Positions 37,891-52,668 of a DNA stretch of 64,000 nucleotides are shown here, one piece after another. A program made the position numbers and the translations under genes. Numbering within the stretch: position 1 is the first letter of the stretch; every line of letters starts with the position of its first letter. The notes beneath the pieces are model-generated. The model was not told the DNA's origin. It did no database searches and worked only from the letters and a program-made list of their open reading frames with translations. Location of the stretch: positions 7,750,001 through 7,814,000 of the forward strand of contig NC_043023.1 in NCBI RefSeq assembly GCF_006345805.1. Reading direction: 5' to 3'. Origin of the DNA: Octopus sinensis. Lineage: Eukaryota.

Positions 37891-37896
<6 letters not shown>
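37823..37896. repeat. Perfect 30-bp inverted repeat with a 14-nt loop
   Basis: ATTTATTTTATAGAAGGAGCTTCTACAGGA, loop TGAAACAGTTCTAG, then the exact reverse complement. Confidence 0.92.
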
Positions 37897-37928
<32 letters not shown>

Positions 37929-37930
<2 letters not shown>

Positions 37931-38315
37931 CTTTTTTTTTCTTTACTTGTTTCAGTCATTTGACTGCGGCCATGCTGGAGCACCGCCTTTAATCGGGCAA
38001 CTCGACCCCGGGACTTATTCTTTGTAAGCCCAGTACTTATTCTATCGGTCTCTTTTGCCGAACCGCTAAGTGACGGGGACGTAAACACACCAGCATCGGT
38101 TGTCAAGCAATGCTAGGGGGACAAACACACACACATACATATATATACATACGATGGGCTTCTTTCAGTTTCCGTCTACCAAATCCACTCACAAGGCTTT
38201 GGTCGGCCCGAGGCTATAGTAGAAGACACTTGCCCAAGGTGCCACGCAGTGGGACTGAACCCGGAACCATGTGGTTGGTAAACAAGCTACTTACCACACA
38301 GCCACTCCTGCGCCT
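37929..38315 (-). mobile_element. SINE-A, full length
   Basis: Ends ...CCACTCCTGCGCC on the + strand, which is the head on the minus strand. Confidence 0.92.
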
Positions 38316-41300
38316 AACATAATGCAAACGTGTAGCTTTTTTGTGCATTTTGTTTGCAGAAAATAAAGAAATATTTGCCGGACAGCAAATAGAGACTCGA
38401 GCATTGCTTAGAAAATAATTTTCAGTTTTAACCTTGTATATAGTATGCACTAGGGATTTTGACCTTTAAATTTTGGGGAAAAAATGCAGATTATACTCGA
38501 GGATTTACAGTAGACAACACTTCAGTCCTGTGACAGCATGAAAAGCAGATGTTAAATGATGATTATGATTAACACAATCCATAAAAATCAAAATACAATT
38601 AATGAATGTCCCTTATAGGGTAATTTGTTTCTCTTTGATCATAACAACAAGAAAGATGAAAGTTTAGGTTGTTTCTAATAGAACTAAGGTTATAGAATTA
38701 TCAAATCCTTAGTCTTATTCACCTATAGTGAGTAAAACTTGAAAATATATCTACAAGATTAATCTTATACTTTTAAATGACAGTATACATGTCTGTTTAT
38801 AGTCTTATTTAATGGCTCAAACACAAAGATATTAGATAAAGAAGTTATAACTCACACCATTACATTTTCACTTACATGGTAAAAAAAAATCAAAGTCCAT
38901 TTCACTGTAACTTGTAGCTCTTATACTATTGACTTCTTGTTCTTAAATATTTTTCACATCGGAAAAACTGCATCAAAATGTTTTGGTTTATATTTCATTT
39001 TTTTTTTTTTTTTTAAGAATCAGAAAATACTTCAGACTTCAACATTTACTAGTACAAATATGCACTACACTTAAATACTTCTTACATATAATGGTGCTCT
39101 TGCCAGCATTAGGAAGGATATACACAAAAAGTGACCACCTGATAGGTAAGATCATATTAAATGATATCCAACTATTTTTAGACCACTATGGAGTTAGTAG
39201 TCACTTTCTTTTGTAATGGCCTCTATCATTCTAAAACTGTTGACAGGCACATTTGTATGGTTTAGAAGCTCACTTTTCCATTAAATGGTTCTAGGTTCAG
39301 TCCAACAGCACAGAAACAAGTAAAAGATAAAAGAAACTAGAAGTATTGAGAAGCAAAGTCAGTTTTATATCATAAAAAATTTTGTGAGAGCCTCACTTGA
39401 TCTGCAGAAACAGCAGCCACAGACTGCTTAAATGACAAGATGGTCGTGATTAATGCTTTTGCCCAAAATTCTACATAATCAGAGATCACCCGGTACTAAA
39501 TAATAAATTTGGTTAGAAAGCAATTTCCAAAAATCTGACAAGAATTCATTCACCTGACCTCACTCATTCTACAATGTCACTAATAAAAAACAATTTTGAA
39601 AAGACAAATTTCTATTATAAACTAAAAAGTTATCTAGCTCATCCAATCTGGATAAGAATGTGATTTCTAAAAACCCATCAATGAAGAAATATTTCCAAGC
39701 CAACTATAATTACAAGTTACTATTCATACACAAACCTCTCATCACATCACTTGGCACAAAGCTACCTCCCTCAATACTCTTCCCCATCTCCCATTCAGTT
39801 GAGGAATGTTGTTTTACAGGTTACCTGGTGACCTTACTGCTGCTGAGGCCAAGTAAAAAGTACTCAGTACTCTCTGTAAAGTGGTTGGCATCAGGAAGGG
39901 TATCCAGCCATATAAATCATGCCAAAGTAGACAGTAGAGTCTGGTACAGTCTTCTGATTTGAAAAGATGATGATGATATATTACAAACACACACATACAT
40001 ATAAATACATATATACACACACACAATGAGCTTCTATCAGATTCAGTCTACCAAATTCACTCATAACGTTTTGGCTAATCCAGAGCTATCAAGAAGACAG
40101 TTGCCCAGGGTACCACACAGTGGGACTAAACACAAAACTGCATGGCTGGGAAACAAATTTTTTAATCACACAATCCTGTATATGATTTATTGTTGCTATG
40201 TCTTACATCTATACTTTCTACAGATTTATGAAAGAGAAAAACCAAAATTTCACATTCAAAAGGGTACATAAAATTATTTCACTGGGAAATTCAAAATGAA
40301 TGTAGTCATTTTATTGTGGAAACACTACCACACCTTGGCCTGTACCACTCATATATTACCTGTATAGAAACACATTGCTCTGATAAGCTTCACACTGTGA
40401 CCAGAAACTTAAGCTGAAAGGTAAACAATAGACAGATAAGAAAATCAAGTGCATATGTGAAGCAGGAATTAATAGTTTTCTACATGGGGTGATTTACACT
40501 TGCAGCTAAATAACTCTAAGAAAAATACAATACAGACACACAATTTAATAGTCCTACATAATACATTTAGTAACTATTTCACTAGAGTTTTAATTCAATA
40601 ACCACTGTACACAGTTCATTTAGTAATCACTTCACTGTAGTCTTTCTTACATAGTACATTTAATCAGCACTTCATCATTGCATTACCCACTCTCTCCAAT
40701 CCCCAATTCACTTCACAATATACGCCTCCTTGTAACTTGGGGATATGGCCCCTTCCCTCTCCTCATTATATCTTCACTATCTTCTCTCTCTCTCTCTCTC
40801 TTCACCCAAGATAACCATGTTTCTCTTGTAATATATATATATATATATACGATGGGCTTCTTTCAGTTTTCGTCTATCAAATCCACTCACAAGGCTTTGG
40901 TCGGCCCGAGGCTATAGTTGAAAACACTTGCTCAAGGTGCCACGCAGTGGGACTGAACCCGGAACCATGTGGTTGGTAAGCAAGCTACTTACCACACAGC
41001 CACTCCTACGCCTATATTGACATTATTACCGGAAAACGAAATCGAAAACTAAAATTGTGCAATGGGTGTATAAAAAGAAGTGTTGAAAACGAAACTGAAA
41101 ATATATGTGCAGAGAGCAATGGGAGTGTGGGAGAGGACTTTAAAAAATTCACACGATCCGAAGTTTTTCCCTCGTAACTTTTAGGAAAATGAAAGATGGT
41201 GGTGACCCCTGCTGTACTCTTTCACCACAACTTTCTCTCACTCTTACTTCCTGTTTCTGTTGTACCTGTATTTCAAAGGGCTGGCCTTGTCACTCTCTGT

Positions 41301-41461
41301 GTCACGCAGAATATCCTCGAGAACTACGTTAAGGGTGCACGTGTCTGTGGAGTGCTCAGCCACTTACACGTTAATTTCACAAGCAGGCTGTTCCGTTGAT
41401 TCGGATCAACCGGAACCCTCGTCGTCGTAACCGACGGAGTGCTTCCATATATATATATATA

Positions 41462-41842
41462 TCTATATATAAACGGCAGTTTGTCTGTCTGTGTGTCTGT
41501 GTGTCTGTTTGCTTGTACCTTCACCCTGACCATGGCTTTCAACCGATTCTGATGAAACTTGACACAGACATAGCCCAATGTCATAATTCAAAACTAACGC
41601 AGCGAAAATTTTGAAAAGTTCCCCCAGTTCTGAAAAAAATCGATAAATTCGACATGGGGTCGAGAATTAGAAACACAAACCACAGACTGTCTAGGGGACG
41701 CAACTCGACCTTTTTAACTCTCAAAAAAATAATTTACCATAATTTTTTTTCCAGTTTTTTCTATTTTTTGGCTATAACTCCCTAAAAATGCTTTATAGTT
41801 ATTTCCCTTACAAACCCGAGCAACGCCGGGCGATACTGCTAG
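41462..41842 (+). mobile_element. Non-autonomous Helitron
   Basis: A|TCTATATATAAACGGCAG ... CCCGAGCAACGCCGGG...CTAG|T, inserted in (TA)n. Confidence 0.9.
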
Positions 41843-42099
41843 TATATATATAACCTGAACTAACTAGATGTAAGGGGAAAAAAAGGAGATAAAAGATAAG
41901 TAATAATAAAACAATAGTTTTGATATATAGAGATAAGTGGCTGATAATAGGTTTTAGAGTTTTGTCGTGGGGTGGTTAAAGTCATAAATCACTTCCTAGT
42001 TTCGGCGGTGGGGAGGTTGAAATTTGATATTGTTGTGATGAGTGATCAGTCTACACCTATCCACCACTACAGGTTTATAGCTTTAAGTTTATAGCGTGT

Positions 42100-42691
42100 G
42101 TGTGCGTGCATATACACACATACATACATACATACATACATACATACATGCGTACGTACGTATTTACATACATACATGCATACATACATACATACATACA
42201 TACATAAATGCATACATACATACACACAGGCGTACATACGTACATACATACATGCATACATGCGTGTATACATACATACACACATACATACATACATACA
42301 TACATACATTGTTTTGGCATCCTTTCTGTCTCGGGAGACAATGGAGTTTGTTTGTTTGTTTTTGTTTTTTCCAGTTTCAGCTCTTGAGCTGTGGCCATGC
42401 TGGGGCACCGCCATTGTGGTGAAAGAGTACAGCAGGGATCACCACCCCCTGCCGGAGCCTCGTAGAGCTTTTAGGTGTTTTCGCTCAATAAACACACACA
42501 ACGCCCAGTCTGAGAATCGAAACCGCGATCCTGCGACCGCGAGTCCGCTGCCCTAACCACTAGGCCATTGCGCATTTTTTTTTTTTTTTTTTTTAGGTCT
42601 AGTCCGGCTGTTATATATACACACATACATACATACATACATACATACATACATACATACATACATACATACATACATACATGCGTACGTA

Positions 42692-42727
<36 letters not shown>

Positions 42728-43225
42728 CATACATACATAAATGCATACATACATACATACACACAGGCGTACATACGTACATACATGCATACATGCGTGT
42801 ATACATACATACACACATACATACATACATACATACATACATACATAAATGCATACATACATACATACACACAGGCGTACATACGTACATACATGCATGC
42901 ATACATGCGTGTATACATACATACACACATACATACATACATACATACATACATACATACATACACACAGGCGTACGTACGTACATACATACATGCATAC
43001 ATGCGTGCATACATATGTACACACATACACACATACATACATAGACACAGGCGTACGTACGTACATACATGCATGCATGCATACATGCGTCCATACATAT
43101 ATACACACATACATACATACATAAATACATACATACGTACATACACACAAGCGTACGTACGTACATACATACATGCATGCATGCATAAATGCGTGCATAC
43201 ATACATACATACATGCATAAGTACA
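42100..43225. repeat. (CATA)n compound microsatellite with higher-order units, interrupted by a tRNA-headed SINE-C (~42365-42575, minus)
   Basis: Recurrent ACACAGGCGTACATACG units. The SINE head on the minus strand reads GCGCAATGGCCTAGTGGTTAGGGCAGCGGACTCGCGGTC...GGTTTCGATTC. Confidence 0.88.
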
Positions 43226-43333
43226 TATATATAACGAACTAACTGTTACTTCCTCAGATGCAGCACGGATTTTTGTCAGTGAACAGTTCGCAGTCTTAAA
43301 GCGACGAAAAAATATATATATTTTGACAGATTA

Positions 43334-43498
43334 GGCGCAGGAGTGGCTGTGTGGTAAGTAGCTTGCTAACCAACCACATGGTTTCGGGTTCAGTCCCACT
43401 GCGTGGCATCTTGGGCAAGTGTCTTCTGCTATAGCCTCTGGCCGACCAAAGCCTTGTGAGTGGATTTGGTAGACAGAAACTGAAAGAAGCCCATTGTA

Positions 43499-43532
<34 letters not shown>

Positions 43533-43784
43533 AATATATATATATATATGTATGTGTGTGTATATGTTTATGTGTCTGTGTTTGTCTATCTAGCATTGTT
43601 TGACAACCGACGATGCTGGTGTGTTTACGTCCCCGTCACCTAGTGGTTCGGCAAAAGGGACCGATAGAATAAGTACTGGGCTTACAAAGAATAAGTCCTG
43701 GGGTTGATTTGCTCGACTAAAAGGCAGTGCTCCAGCATGGCCACAGTCAAAATGACTGAAACAAGTAAAAGAGTAAAGAGAGAG
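43334..43784 (+). mobile_element. SINE-A, full length
   Basis: Family A consensus. Confidence 0.92.
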
Positions 43785-44203
43785 ATTAAACTTAAATGTT
43801 GAAGTGAATCGAACGACTTTTGTGTGTTTCTTAAATGGCTTACAAACACCTTCCACATTGCAATTGTTATAATACTATTGAAATCACAAATTAGGCTTTT
43901 CCTCAGGAACTTCGACGCTGCATATCCTTTGAAGGGTTCAGATCCTTACTTACACACACACACACATATATATGCACACACACACACATATACATTTACA
44001 TACACATACACACACACACACATATATACATACAGGGGCGGACTGGCCGATGGCAACTGGGCCCCTCTGCCATTAGAATCCTTATATGGGGGTCCTTGTT
44101 AACCATGTTAGAATCTAAGGGACCCATCACCTCAAGTTTGAGAATCTTTTATTCACTCCTAGAAGAATGCATTCATTATTTCAGACTGGCTGTGTTTGTA
44201 GAC

Positions 44204-44423
44204 CAGTGGTTTTCAACCAGGGTTCCGCAGAACCTTAGGGTTCCGCCAGTACAGTCCAGGGGTTCCGCAAGAAGTTACAAAACTGCTAAAATCGGCAGTA
44301 ATTTTTAATTCTCCTGTGCAGATGTGTGTGCATAAAACTATTAAATTATTGCACAGGGGTTCCTCGAGCCAGTGAAATGTTTCCTTGGGGGTTCCGCTCC
44401 AGCAAAAAGTTTGAAAAGCACTG
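44204..44423. mobile_element. hAT (Buster/Charlie-like) MITE, 220 bp
   Basis: Terminal inverted repeats CAGTGGTTTTCAA / TTGAAAAGCACTG. The 8-bp target-site duplication TTGTAGAC / TTGTAAAC has a central TA. Confidence 0.85.
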
Positions 44424-44490
44424 TTGTAAACAGTTGAAAAGAATACTTTTAACAAAAAAAAAACAATATTTTAAGACCCAGTCAGTCACT

Positions 44491-44527
<37 letters not shown>

Positions 44528-45632
44528 TTCACTCTCTCACTCCATTTGTCCCATGACATTGTTATACCATTGGAAATTTAGCTACACAAAGTATATTACA
44601 CGAAAGATGTGTGTGTCTCTCTCTATCGGTCTCTTTGGCCGAACAGCTAAGTTATGGGGATGTAAACACACCAGCATCGGTTGTCAAGTGATGTTGGGGG
44701 GATAAACACAGACACACAAACATACACACACATATATACACATATGTTCTGTCTACCAAATCCACGCTACTATGAAAGGTGCCACACAGTGGGACTGAAC
44801 CCAGAACCATGTGGTTGGTAAGCAAGCTACTTACCACAGAGCCACAAGTATATTTAGTAAACTCTTTGAACATGAGAATCATATTCATGATACTAATTAA
44901 CATGTGATTTGATCTTAAATCTTAATCACTTAAATGTTAGTAGTTGTTTTTGCCTTGTGTGTACCTTTAGCCCTTTTCATATCAACCCAGCTGAAACCGC
45001 CTCTGGCTCTGAGTACAAATGTCTTGTTTTCATAAGTTTTGAATTAAAATCTTCCACCAAACCTCAGTCACAGTTTATATTCCTAACACTAGCAGAATGA
45101 TAACTAAGTTATTTTACGAACTTCTTTGTTATATTTAAAATTAATTGAAAGAAACACAGAGCATCTCAACAGAAATATGGTAACAAAGGGGTTAAGATAT
45201 ATAATAGAGAAACAATTCTTAACCCTTTCATTACAAACCCAGCTGAAAATCGGCTCTGGTTCTGTAGTACAAACATCTTGTTTTCATAAGTTTTGAATTA
45301 AAATCTTCCACCAAACCTCAGTCACAATTTATTTTTCCTAACACTAGCTGAATGATATCTAAATTATTTTACCAAATTTTTTGATTGTATTTAAAGTAAT
45401 TGAATGAAACACAGAGCATCTCAGTATAAATACAGTAAGGAAATGGTTAAGGTGGAATTTTCTGAGGTACATGTACATATTTTATTGTTTGTCTATTATT
45501 ATCACCACTCGAAATATATTTGATATTTTGGATGTAATAATCCAAGATTATTTTAGCAGTTATTTTCATTTCATATATTCTTTTCTGTGCTTGTTGTCTT
45601 CCCTCAACTATAAATTTTCATCTCACTGTAGT

Positions 45633-45801
45633 TACTCTTTTACTTGTTTCAGTCATTTGACTGCGGCCATGCTGGAGCACCGCCTTTAACCGAGCAACTC
45701 GACCTCGGAACTTATTCTTTGTAAGCCCAGCACTTATTCTAAGTGACGGCAACGTAAACACACCAGCAATGCTAGTGGGACAAACACAGACACACAAACA
45801 T

Positions 45802-45844
<43 letters not shown>

Positions 45845-46548
45845 TATATACTATGGGCTTCTTTCAGTTTCTGTCTACCAAATCCACTCACAAGGCATTG
45901 GTCGGCCCGAGGCTATAGTAGAAGACACTTGCTCAAGGTGCCACGCAGTGGGACTGAACCCGGAACCATATGGTTCATAAGCAAGCTACTTACCACACAG
46001 CCAATTTTCTTAAGCTGCAGAAAGATATAAGCAGCCTCATACCACTTATATCATAGTCTTCTCCCCGCACCCTTTCCTTATTTACATATTTTTCTTTTCC
46101 TTTTTTATTCACATAGGCGTAGGAGTGGCTGTGTGGTAATTAGCTTGCTTACCAACCACATGGTTCCGGGTTCAGTCCCACTGCATGGCAACTTGTGCAA
46201 GTGTCTTCTACTATAGCCTCGGGCTTGTGAGTGGATTTGGTAGACGGAAGCTGAAAGAAGCCAGGTGTATATATGTGTATGTGTATATGTATATATATAT
46301 ATTTACATATATATGTATGTGTGTGTATATGTTTGTGTGTCTGTTTTTGCGCCCCCCCCCAACATCGCTTGACTACCGATACTGGTGTGTTTATGTCCCC
46401 ATAACTTAGCGGTTTGGCAAAAGAGACCGATAGAATAAGTACTGGGCTTACAAAGAATAAGTCCTGGGGTCGATTTGCTTGACTAAAGGCGGTGCTCCAT
46501 CATGGCCACAGTCAAATGCCTAAAACAACTAAAAGAGTAAAAGAGAGA
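45633..46548. mobile_element. Two divergent SINE-A copies (45633-46002 minus, 46116-46548 plus)
   Basis: Family A consensus. Confidence 0.88.
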
Positions 46549-46814
46549 GTTTTTAACGTTAGCATAGGTAATAGCTTTATATAGACATGTTAGTAATTTT
46601 CTTGTATTATTATTATTATTTTTTTTTTTTTTTCTAATTTCTTTTCACAACTTTTAAAACATCGTGGTTCCCCCTTTATATTGAAATAACCCAAAAAATT
46701 CTTTGTTCCCTAAACTGTTGCTAGATCACTCTTTTACCTACTTCGAAACCCTATGATGGTAGATTGTATGTTTTTAATATTTTGGGCTTCCAGACTAACC
46801 ATTGGGCCATTACA

Positions 46815-48605
46815 CCTCCACTAAATAAGTGCTCCCTTTTAAAGCCTAGTTTCAATGGCGTACATATTCCCCTCAGCTGGACGGGACACCAGTCCATCGC
46901 AGCGTTACCCAAGAAACAGGAAGAAAGAGTGAGAGAAAGTTGGGGTGAAAGAGCACAACAGGGGTCGCCACCACTCCCTGCTGGAACCTCATAGAGCTTT
47001 AGGTGTTTTTGCTCAATAAACACACAACGCCCGGTCTGGGAATTGAAACCGTGATCCTCCGACAGTGAGTCCGCTGCCCTAACCACCTCTAAATAAGTGC
47101 GCCCTTTTAAAGCCTAGCCAGGTTCATGGGCCCGCTTTCCCGCTTTCTATGGCGTATGTGTTCCCCAGCTGGATGGGACACCAGTGCATCGTGGCTTTAC
47201 TCATTTTTGCCAGCTGAGAGGACTGAAGCAACATGAAATGAAGTATTTTGCTCAAGAACACAACGCGTCACCCAGTCCAGGAATCGAAACCACAATCTTG
47301 CGATCATGATGATGACACCCTAACCACTAAGCCACGTGCCTCCACAATTTACACCTTTACCATTTATGAAATCAGCGTATGATTTCTATGGTGTTCTTAT
47401 AAGCGGACAAGGTGAGTTGTGTTTAACCCAAGGCACTGGTAAGTGTTACTGACGACCATGAATGTAAATGCAAACTCACTGGTGATCTGGTTATGCCCAG
47501 TGTTTAGGGAGATTGCCTCCCTTATCGGTCAATATAATGGTGCTTATTGTGTTATGAGCTGTTTTGACTATATATATATATATATATCACCGTGATCACT
47601 GTGACCGACCAGGCTATCAGATGTTGCTACACATCGCTGGTCACAATGCGCTTCGTATTGTTTTAGCCTTCAAATGACGCCACCCTGCTGGCTAAGCTAG
47701 CAGGCCAACAGAAGAAAGAGTGAGAGAAAATTGTGGCAAAAGAGTACAGCAGGGATTGCCACCACCCCTGCTTGAGCCTCGTGGAGCTTTAGGTGTTTTT
47801 GCTCGATAAACACCCACAATGCCCGGTCTGGGAATCGAAATCGCGATTCTACAAATGCGAGCCTGCTGCCCTAACCACTGGGCCATTGCGCCTCTACATA
47901 TATATATACGTTACTCCAGTCCACTCAGCTGCCAAAAATGAGTAACGCTGCGATGGACTGGCATCCCGTCAGGCTGGGGGAACACATACACCATAGAAAC
48001 TAGGAAACCAGGCCCATGAACCTGGCTAGGCTTTAAAAGGGCGCAAGTGGAGGTGCTGGCTTAGTGGTTAGGGTGTAAGTATCATGATCATACGGTTGTG
48101 GTTTTGATTCCTGGACTGGGTGACGCGTTGTGTTCTTGAGCAAAACACTTCATTTCACATTGCACCAGTCCACTCAGCTGGCAAAAATGAGTAAAGCTGT
48201 GATGGACTGGCGTCCCGTCCAGCTGGGGAACACATATGCCATTGAAACCAGGAAACCGGGCCCATGATCCTGGCTAGGCTTTAAAAGGGCGCATCTATTG
48301 TAGAGGTGCAATGGCCCAGTGGTTAGGGCAGCAGACTCGCGGTCGGAGGATCGCGGTTTTGATTTCCAGACTGGGCGTTGTGTGTGTTTATTGAGCAAAA
48401 ACACCTAAAAGCTCCACGAGGCTCTGGCAGAGGGTGGTGGTGACCCCTGTTGTACTCTTTCGCCACAACTTTATCACACTCTTTCTTCCTGTTTCTTGAG
48501 TAACGCTGCATTGGACTGGTGTCCCGTCCAGCTAGGGGGAACACATATGCCATAGAAACCAGGAAACCGGGCCCATGAGCCTGGCTAGACATGAAAAGGA
48601 CACAT
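46815..48605. mobile_element. Mirror-arranged cluster of tRNA-headed SINE families C and E
   Basis: C(-) 46815-47087, E(-) 47090-47345, C-like(-) ~47575-47893, E(+) 48048-48295, C(+) 48305-48605. They share the tail GATGGACTGGCGTCCCGTCCAGCT...GGGCCCATGA. Confidence 0.8.
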
Positions 48606-49030
48606 AAATAAATATATATATATATATATATATATCGTCATCATCATCGTCATTGTTTAACGTCCGCTCTCCATGCTAGCATGGGTTGGACGTATGACTG
48701 AGGGCTGGTGAGCCAGAAGGCTGTACCGGGCTCCAATCTTGATCTGGCAGAGTTTCTACAGCTGGATGCCCTTCCTAACACCAACCACTCCGAGAATGTA
48801 GTGGGTGCTTTTACGTGCCACTGGTACGGGGTCAATCAGGCGGTACAGGCAATGACCTCGCTTGAATCTTTTACACATGCCACCGGTGCGGGTGCCAGTA
48901 AGGCAATGCTGGTAACGGTGTTTTTTACGTGCCACCGGCACGGAGGCCAGATGGCCGCTCTGGCAACGATCACACTCGGATGGTGCTCTTAATACCCTAC
49001 AAGCATATATATACATATATACATAGATAC

Positions 49031-49116
<86 letters not shown>

Positions 49117-49206
49117 TTACATACATACTTACTATAAGGTGTTGCACATGTGTGGTGTATGTATATAAATATATGTATATATATATATATACTTATATAT
49201 ATTATA

Positions 49207-49244
<38 letters not shown>

Positions 49245-49306
49245 TATATATATATAATATATATATATATAATATATATATATACATACATACATATATA
49301 TATATT

Positions 49307-49356
<50 letters not shown>

Positions 49357-49744
49357 ATATTCTGATGGGCTTCTGTCTGTTCCATTGGCCAAATCCTCTC
49401 ACAAGGCTTTGGTCTGCCCAAGGCTATATAGTAGTAAACACTTCCTCAAGCCATGCAGAGGGACTGAACCCAGAACCATGTGGTTGGAAAGCAACCTTCT
49501 TGCTACCCAGCCATGCCCTCAGCTACATATATATATATATATATGTTATATGTAGCTGAGTAGTAGATCTATGGTTATCGCATATAACTGGTCAGAAAGT
49601 TAACATTGGTTTCACACCTACTATTGCACTTGACAATTTAAGTGACTCATCCGAGGTGCTGACCAGAAGCAGTTTGCCTCTGGAGGGATAAGTACAGTCT
49701 GGGTAAATTTGGCGATCAAAAGAAGATCAATCTGCCAATACCAA

Positions 49745-50480
49745 GGAGCAAATGAGGATGACAACGGTGATTATGGTGATGATGATGATGACGACAATGA
49801 TGATGATTACTATGTTGATGACAATGATGACAACAGCGATGATGATGATGATGATGATGACAATGATGACAACAGCGATGATGATGCTGATGATGATGGC
49901 TATGATGACGATGATGACAACAGCGATTTTGATAATGACGATGATGACAACAGCGATGGTGATGATGATGGCTATGATGATGATGACGATGATGACAATG
50001 ATGATGATCATGATGATGATGATGACAATAATGACAACAGCAATGCTGATGATGCTGATGATGATGGCTATGATGATGATGACGATGATGATGGCTATGA
50101 TGATGATGACGATGATGATAACAGCGATGATGATGATGATGATGGCTATGATGATGATAACGATGATGACAATGATGATGATGCTGATGATGATGGCTAT
50201 GATGATGATGACAATGATGACAACAGCGATGATGATGATGATCATGATGATGACTATGATGATGATGACGGCGACAATGACAGCAATGATGATGATGGCA
50301 GTGATGAAGATGGTTTCAATGATGATGGTGATGGAGATGACGACAACGACAACAACAACAAGGGCGATGACGATGATGATGCTGGTGATGACAACGATGC
50401 TGACGATGATGATCATGGTAACAATGACGGCGATGACGATGACGATGGCAATGATCATGATGACAACGATGATGGTGATG
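49745..50480. repeat. Degenerate (GAT/GAC)n trinucleotide repeat
   Basis: Directly visible. It gives poly-D, poly-M/T and poly-I/V ORFs. Confidence 0.85.
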
Positions 50481-50819
50481 GCATGCGTAGAGCAACTCAA
50501 GTCAACACCTCTGAAGATGGCCAGGGGAAAGGCAGAAAGATATCACTCTTGTCTCCAAGCACAGAAAAAACAAATGAAATAAAAAGTATGAGTAACTATA
50601 GCAACAAAATACAAAAGGCGAGAGATTAAAAGCAAATCAATATTGATTAGCAAACTGTCAGCCCGGAGAGTCGATTGTGTCATTCGGAATACGAATCTGA
50701 ACTGGAAGTAAGGTAGCATGTTTAATTATGCATACCTGATTGTTTGCTTGCCTCGTTAATGGCTGTCCATTGAATGATGTCACAGCCATCGTTTCCCTTT
50801 CATTCAGGAACATTTGATG

Positions 50820-50822
50820 GAT

Positions 50823-50860
<38 letters not shown>

Positions 50861-51360
50861 GTGCACACACCCACACACACACACAGAGACGTGCACACAC
50901 CCACACAAGCACATACACACACACACACACAATCATGCACACATACATACACACACACATAAGCAAACACACACACACATACAAGCATGCGCACAGGCAT
51001 ACACACACACCACCACACACACATACACACATGTACAGACTCATGCTCACACACAAACACAGGAACACACACTCAAACACACACACAAGCAAACACACAC
51101 ACACACAAGCATGCACACATACATACACACACACACACACAAGTACAAACACACACACAAACACATGAACACACACACATACACACACAAAACGTGAGCA
51201 CACACACAGAGGCACACACATACATGCACAGGCACACATACCCAAGCACTCATGCTCACATACACACACAAGCACGCATACACACACACATACAGATATG
51301 CATAGACACACAGAAGCACAGTAGTTTACAGACACATAAACAAGTGTACACGTATAAAGG
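50820..51360. repeat. (CA)n-type degenerate microsatellite
   Basis: Directly visible. Confidence 0.9.
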
Positions 51361-51434
51361 TCTATAAATTTGTGAATATATGTGTGTGTACGTGTGTGTC
51401 TGTGTGTGTGTACATAGATAAAGATATATATATA

Positions 51435-52160
51435 TACTCTTTTACTTTTTTACTTGTTTCAGTCATTTGTAAGCCCAGTACTTATTCTATTGGTCTCTTT
51501 TGCGAACCGCTAAGTGACGGGGACGCAAACACACCGGCATCAGTTGTCAAGCAATGTTGTCAAGCAATGCTAGGGGGACAAACACAGAAACACACATAAT
51601 ATATATATATATATATATACATATATACGACAGGCTTCTTTCAGTTTCCGTCTACCAAATCCACTCACAAGGCATTGGTTGGCCCAGGGCTATAGCAGAA
51701 GACACTTGCCCAAGGTGCCACACGGTGGGACTGAACCCGGAACCATGTGGTTGGTAAACAAGCTACTTACCACACAGCCACCCCTGTGCCTATATATATA
51801 TATATACATATATACGACGGGCTTCTTTCAGTTTCTGTCTACCAAATCCACTCACAAGGCTTTGGTCGGCCCAGGGCTATAGCAGAAGACACTTGCCCAA
51901 GGTGCCACACGGTGGGACTGAACCCGGAACCATGTGGTTGGTAAACAAGCTACTTACCACACAGCCACCCCTGTGCCTATATATATATATATACATATAT
52001 ACGACGGGCTTCTTTCAGTTTCTGTCTACCAAATCCACTCACAAGGCTTTGGTCGGCCCAGGGCTATAGCAGAAGACACTTGCCCAAGGTACCACGCAGT
52101 GGGACTGAACCCGGAACCATGTGGTTGGTTAGCAAGCTACTTACCACACAGCCACTCCTG
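51435..52160 (-). mobile_element. SINE-A with a triplicated head segment (~187-bp period)
   Basis: ATATACGAC(A/G)GGCTTCTTTCAG...CACAGCCAC(C/T)CCTG occurs three times. Confidence 0.88.
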
Positions 52161-52311
52161 CATCTATATCTGTATGTGTGTATATAAATATATATATAAG
52201 TATCTGTCTTTGAGTCATCAGGTCACTATAACTTTTTCTGCTTAAATATAAAATACACGCACACATACACACACTCATGTTTTCTGTTCTATTTCCATCA
52301 AAGCCTATATA

Positions 52312-52621
52312 TCTATATATATAAAGATGAGAATGTGTGTCTGTCTGTGTGTCTGTCTTTGAGTCTGTGTGAATCCCTAAAACTTGAGAACTACACAACC
52401 AATTTCATTCAAATTTTCACGTGTCTTACTTAGGGTCCATGGAGTGTCATGGGCCAAAAAAATTTTTAGCTTTTTGCCTAAAGCAATATCATATCTTCTC
52501 CACTATTTCAGTATTACGTGTCAAAAGTGAAACAATAGCATCTCTCTATTGTAATGTCAGATACTTTCATTTTGATAGTTTCACTTTAATACTGAAACTA
52601 TTAAAGTGAAACTATTATCTC

Positions 52622-52668
<47 letters not shown>

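Noticed and set aside
42520-42575. tRNA-like sequences (also at ~47830-47893 and ~48305-48375, and the SINE A and B heads)
   Set aside because: They have A/B boxes but no complete acceptor stem and continue into SINE bodies, so they are SINE heads rather than tRNA genes.
42067-43234. MYVC/HTYI-repeat ORFs (similar ones at 30385-31141, 50658-51367 and 60849-61439)
   Set aside because: Translations of (CATA)n, (CA)n and (GATA)n repeats.
49709-50629. 306-aa Asp-rich ORF resembling acidic biomineralisation proteins (Aspein-like)
   Set aside because: It is a degenerate (GAT)n microsatellite that is open in several frames by construction. It has a non-ATG start, no signal peptide and no convincing splice acceptor. 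Only transcript evidence could rescue it.
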